A DNA stretch of 64,000 nucleotides from positions 868,001 to 932,000 of the forward strand of contig NZ_CP134949.1 in assembly GCF_032116555.1 (NCBI RefSeq). The letters are read 5' to 3'. Positions 60,640 to 64,000 of the stretch are shown here, one piece after another; within the stretch, counting starts at the first letter, position 1; every line of letters starts with the position of its first letter. The position numbers were made by a program, and so were the translations under genes. The DNA comes from Halorarum halobium. Lineage in GTDB: Archaea; Halobacteriota; Halobacteria; Halobacteriales; Haloferacaceae. The notes beneath the pieces are model-generated. The model did not search any database and was not told where the DNA came from. It saw only the letters and a list, made by a program, of their open reading frames with translations.

Positions 60640-60765
60640 GCCGTGCGGTGGCGCGGCGGCCGCGCCCCGTGCGCGGCCGAACCGCGCGAGGGATGAGCAC
60701 CGCACGCGAGCGAAGCGAGCGAGGAGCGCAATCGGCTGGGGAGGCCGTGGTGTGGTGCGGTTTCA
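60640..60765. repeat. Partial family A element, reverse orientation
   Basis: CGAGGGATGAG and AATCGGCTGGGGAGGC (60730-60745) are reverse complements of motifs in the 6592 and 56678 copies. Confidence 0.75.
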
Positions 60766-60867
60766 GGTGAGCTAGCAGCAGCTAGGTTCGTCCGCTTCAC
60801 AGCCCACCGAACGACGGGAAACACGGGCCGAGAACACGGCACCCGACGAAGAACGAGAACCCGCAGT

Positions 60868-61884
60868 CTACGGCGTCGGAGCGGCCTTCTGGAGCGCCGT
60901 CTCGGCGATGTTTCCGCCGTAGTCGGCCGAGCGGGACACCGAGTCGACGATGAGTCCGAGCAGCTGTGCCCGTGCCGGCTCCTGGTCGCGGAGCAGCGCG
61001 TCGATGCTCCGGGCGCGCTCGTCGATGTCGAGCACCGAGGCGCGCGCCTCGTTGGCGAGGTCGGTCGCCTCGCGGTTCTCGTCGGCAAACAGCGCGTCCA
61101 TCGCCAGATCGACGACCTGGCGGGCGTCCGCCTCGATCTCCTCGATGGCCTCGATGACCTCCGCCGGGACCTCCGCGTCGCCGTCCTCCTCCAGTAGCTG
61201 GAGCGTCAGGTGGGCGATCTTCGTCGCGTGGTCGCCGACGCGCTCAAGCTGGCGGGCGCTCGCGTGGTAGTCGAAGCAGGTCTCCCGACCGACCCCGAGC
61301 TCCTCGGCCGCCTTCGGGGTGCGGAGCGTCGCGCGGAAGATGCGCGAGACGACCTTGTGGAGCCGGTCCACGTCGTCGTCGCGCTGGACGACGTCCTTGG
61401 CCATGTCCGCGTCGCCCTCCGCGAGCGCGGCGACCGCGTCCTCCAGCATCGAGAGCGCGATGAGCCGCATCCGGGTGACGGCGTTGTGGATCGAGAGCTC
61501 CGAGGAGTCGAGCAGGTCGCGGATGACGACGCGCTCGCGGGTCTCCTCCAGCACCTCGAGGCCGACCAGGCTCTGGGTGCAGTCGCGGATCGTCCGTCGC
61601 TGGTCGTTGCTGATGCGCGAGGTCTCCAGCGAGATGATGTCGAACCCGGAGACGTACATCGTCATGACCGCGCGCGTCAGTTCGTCGTCCTCCAGGTCGC
61701 CGATGTCGAGCGAGCCCTCGGCCCGCTCCTCCTCGCTTCTGGGCGTCAGAAACAGCGAGTCGTCCTCGGGGTAGAACTCGACGGTGCTGCCCGCGCTCAC
61801 GCCGTTCTCGGTCGCCCAGTCCTTGGGAATCGACACGGTGTACGTGGACCCGCCCGTCACCTGCACCTTCCTGGTCTCGACCAT
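60868..61884 (-). CDS. phoU: Archaeal PhoU regulator (AbrB-like N-terminus plus PhoU repeats)
   Basis: RKVQVTGGSTYTVSIPKDWA; DDDVDR; LERVGDH; RSADYG.NIAE. Confidence 0.92.
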   Translation of the reverse strand: MVETRKVQVTGGSTYTVSIPKDWATENGVSAGSTVEFYPEDDSLFLTPRSEEERAEGSLDIGDLEDDELTRAVMTMYVSGFDIISLETSRISNDQRRTIRDCTQSLVGLEVLEETRERVVIRDLLDSSELSIHNAVTRMRLIALSMLEDAVAALAEGDADMAKDVVQRDDDVDRLHKVVSRIFRATLRTPKAAEELGVGRETCFDYHASARQLERVGDHATKIAHLTLQLLEEDGDAEVPAEVIEAIEEIEADARQVVDLAMDALFADENREATDLANEARASVLDIDERARSIDALLRDQEPARAQLLGLIVDSVSRSADYGGNIAETALQKAAPTP

Positions 61885-61925
61885 ATCCTCGATAGTCGGC
61901 GGGTACAGCATAAACGTATCGGAGT

Positions 61926-62131
61926 TCTATATATTGTCCACTCCGACTATGGGTAACCGTCAGGTCGGCGTCCGAACGCGGCGCCTCGCCGACTCGTCGT
62001 CGAACGGCTTCAGGTCGGTCCTCTCGTGCTTCGGCCGTGGATGGACGATGTGGGCCTCAGCGTGGACACTCCCCGATTCGATCGGCCGAGGCGTCTCCGT
62101 GTCACTTGTCCTCTCCCCTGCAATATATAGA
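61926..62131. promoter_or_regulatory. Divergent phoU/pstS promoter region with an 11-bp CAATATATAGA box on each strand
   Basis: TCTATATATTG at 61926-61936 and CAATATATAGA at 62121-62131, each followed by TTTATG toward its own gene. Confidence 0.65.
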
Positions 62132-62175
62132 TGTCATAGTAGGGTATTTATGTAAAACTCGGCTTCGTTCGGACG

Positions 62176-63189
62176 ATGCCCGATACAGACGGTCGTGGCG
62201 GCCTCTCCCGGCGACACGTGCTCGCGGCGGCGGGGGCTGCCGGGGCGGTCGGGATCGCTGGGTGTACCGCCGAAGCGAACCCGGACGACTCGTTCGGGCC
62301 GGGCGCGTCCGCCGGGGCCGGCGACGGCGGCCTCGTCGGGAACGTCTCGATCGCCGGCTCCTCGACGGTGTTCCCGATCGCCGCCGCGGTGGCCGAGGAG
62401 TTCCAGCGCGAACACCCGGGCGTGGACATCACCGTCCAGTCGACCGGCTCGGGCGGCGGCTTCGCGAACTTCTTCTGTCCGGGGAAGACCGACTTCAACA
62501 ACGCCTCCCGGCCGATGGCCGAGGAGGAGAAACGGCAGTGTACCGAAAACGGCGTCGACTGGCACGAGGTCCGCGTCGCCACCGACGCCTTGACCGTCGT
62601 CGTCAACAACGAGGCCGACTTCGTCGACCACCTCACCGTCGAGGAGCTCCGGCGGATCTGGAAGCCGGACCCGGTCGAGTCGTGGGCGGAGGTCCGCGAC
62701 GGTTTCCCGGACGAGACCATCGAGCGCTTCGGCGCCGCCGAGACGTCCGGCACGTTCGATTACTTCACCGAGACCATCGTCGGCGAGGCGGGCTCGCACA
62801 CGCAGGACTACCAGGCGACCGAGGACGACAACCAGATCGTCACCGGCGTCGCGGGCAGCCAGTACGCGATCGGCTACTTCGGGTTCGCGTTCTACCAGGG
62901 CAACTCGGACACGGTGAAGGCGCTCGGCATCGACGACGGCGACGGGCCAGTCGAGCCGTCGCTCGAAACCGCACAGAGCGGCGAGTACGCCCCGCTCTCG
63001 CGGCCGCTGTTCACCTACCCCGCGCGCGACTCCATGACCGAGGAGCACGTCGCCGAGTTCGCGCGCTACTACGTCGAACAGAGCGCGAACCGCGAACTCA
63101 TCGCCGAGAGCATCGGCTACGTCCCGAACACGGACGAACAGATGCGGGAACAGCTCGACCAGCTCGACCAGTTCATCCAGCAGGCCTGA
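62176..63189 (+). CDS. pstS: Phosphate ABC transporter substrate-binding Tat lipoprotein
   Basis: SRRHVL plus IAGC; GSSTVFP, TGSGGGF, ASR, SGTFDYF, YAPLSRPLF. Confidence 0.95.
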   Translation: MPDTDGRGGLSRRHVLAAAGAAGAVGIAGCTAEANPDDSFGPGASAGAGDGGLVGNVSIAGSSTVFPIAAAVAEEFQREHPGVDITVQSTGSGGGFANFFCPGKTDFNNASRPMAEEEKRQCTENGVDWHEVRVATDALTVVVNNEADFVDHLTVEELRRIWKPDPVESWAEVRDGFPDETIERFGAAETSGTFDYFTETIVGEAGSHTQDYQATEDDNQIVTGVAGSQYAIGYFGFAFYQGNSDTVKALGIDDGDGPVEPSLETAQSGEYAPLSRPLFTYPARDSMTEEHVAEFARYYVEQSANRELIAESIGYVPNTDEQMREQLDQLDQFIQQA

Positions 63190-63289
63190 CCATGTACGAC
63201 CGACCGTCCAGGAGTAGGCGTCGACGTCGTAGCGCCCGCAAGACAACACCGCGCGTGCCGGCCGACCGGGCCGGCCCGACCCCCAGTCC

Positions 63290-64000
63290 ATGAGCACCGA
63301 ACCGACGGACATCACGGGCGCCGCCGGAACGCGCTCGCTGCGCGAACTCGCCGTCCATCTCGCGTTCCTCTGCTGTGCCGTCGTCTCCGTGCTCACCACG
63401 GTCGGGATCGTCGGCGCGCTGCTGATCGACGCCGTCGGCTTCTTCTCGAACTACCCGCTCGGCAGCTTCCTCACGGGGACGAACTGGAGTCCCGGGATCA
63501 CCCCCATCTCGTTCGGGGTGCTCCCGCTCGTGTTCGGCACGCTCGTCGTGACGATCACGTCGGCCGCGGTCGCGCTGCCGATCGGCGTCCTCACCGCGAT
63601 CTACCTCAGCGAGTACGCGAGCGAGCGGGTCCGGAGCTACCTCAAACCCGCCCTCGAGATCCTCGCCGGCGTGCCGACGATCGTGTACGGGATCCTCGCA
63701 CTCGTCTACCTGACGCCGTTCCTCCGATCGACGCTGTTCCCGAACATCTCGACGTTCAACGTGCTCTCGGCGTCGCTGATGGTCGGCATCATGATCGTCC
63801 CGATGGTCGCCTCGATCAGCGAGGACGCGATGAACGCGGTGCCGGACTCGCTCCGGCAGGCCGGCTACGGGCTCGGCGCGACGAAGTTCGAGGTCTCGAC
63901 CGGCATCGTCGTCCCCGCCGCCGTCTCGGGCATCGTCTCCTCGTTCATCCTCGCGCTCTCGCGCGCGATCGGCGAGACGATGATCGTCGTGGTCGCCAGC
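63290..64000 (+). CDS. pstC: Phosphate ABC transporter permease (partial, runs off the window)
   Basis: FLTGTNWSP, FGVLPL, AIYLSEY, LEILAGVPTIVYG, LRQAGYGLGAT, SRAIGETM. Confidence 0.93.
   Translation, partial: MSTEPTDITGAAGTRSLRELAVHLAFLCCAVVSVLTTVGIVGALLIDAVGFFSNYPLGSFLTGTNWSPGITPISFGVLPLVFGTLVVTITSAAVALPIGVLTAIYLSEYASERVRSYLKPALEILAGVPTIVYGILALVYLTPFLRSTLFPNISTFNVLSASLMVGIMIVPMVASISEDAMNAVPDSLRQAGYGLGATKFEVSTGIVVPAAVSGIVSSFILALSRAIGETMIVVVAS

Noticed and set aside
58225..60705. Long antisense or alternate-frame ORFs (e.g. 58225-60705, 32388-34577, 17335-19266, 12927-14969)
   Set aside because: Shadow ORFs of high-GC genes: Arg/Val/Gly-rich, no motifs, and overlapping well-supported genes.
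63192..63293. 33-aa Arg-rich ORF between pstS and pstC
   Set aside because: Atypical composition and no supporting evidence.

Overview
High-GC haloarchaeal (class Halobacteria) core-chromosome segment, judged from acidic proteins, Tat lipoproteins, a PGF-CTERM protein, CetZ and an intron-containing tRNA-Met. It carries about 58 protein genes: trpG, class II RNR nrdJ, the ahbAB-sirC-hemA heme cluster, lrp/carA, an AbrB-PIN toxin-antitoxin pair, a Rieske fusion protein, a dppABCDF peptide transporter with a sixth membrane gene, ggt, an Htr transducer, an M28 peptidase, nitrite/sulfite reductase, a MhqO/MhqD-like pair, cetZ1-cofC, pyrG-guaAb, moeA1-moeA2 and phoU/pstS/pstC. No transposase, integrase or CRISPR array was seen. 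The most unusual signal is a set of short palindromic DNA elements in three forms: (A) at least seven intergenic loci of a modular repeat with core GGGTGGGACTGAAAGGGGCCGCGGC, including a nested inverted composite at 56.7-57.2 kb; (B) two copies of a ~200-nt multi-hairpin element with compensatory base changes and a flipped GAA/TTC loop; (C) a ~40-nt twin-hairpin module (hairpin-GACGG-hairpin) apparently sitting in-frame inside three unrelated genes (ahbAB, the ring-cleaving dioxygenase, moeA2). Product calls come from motif recognition only; no database search was run.
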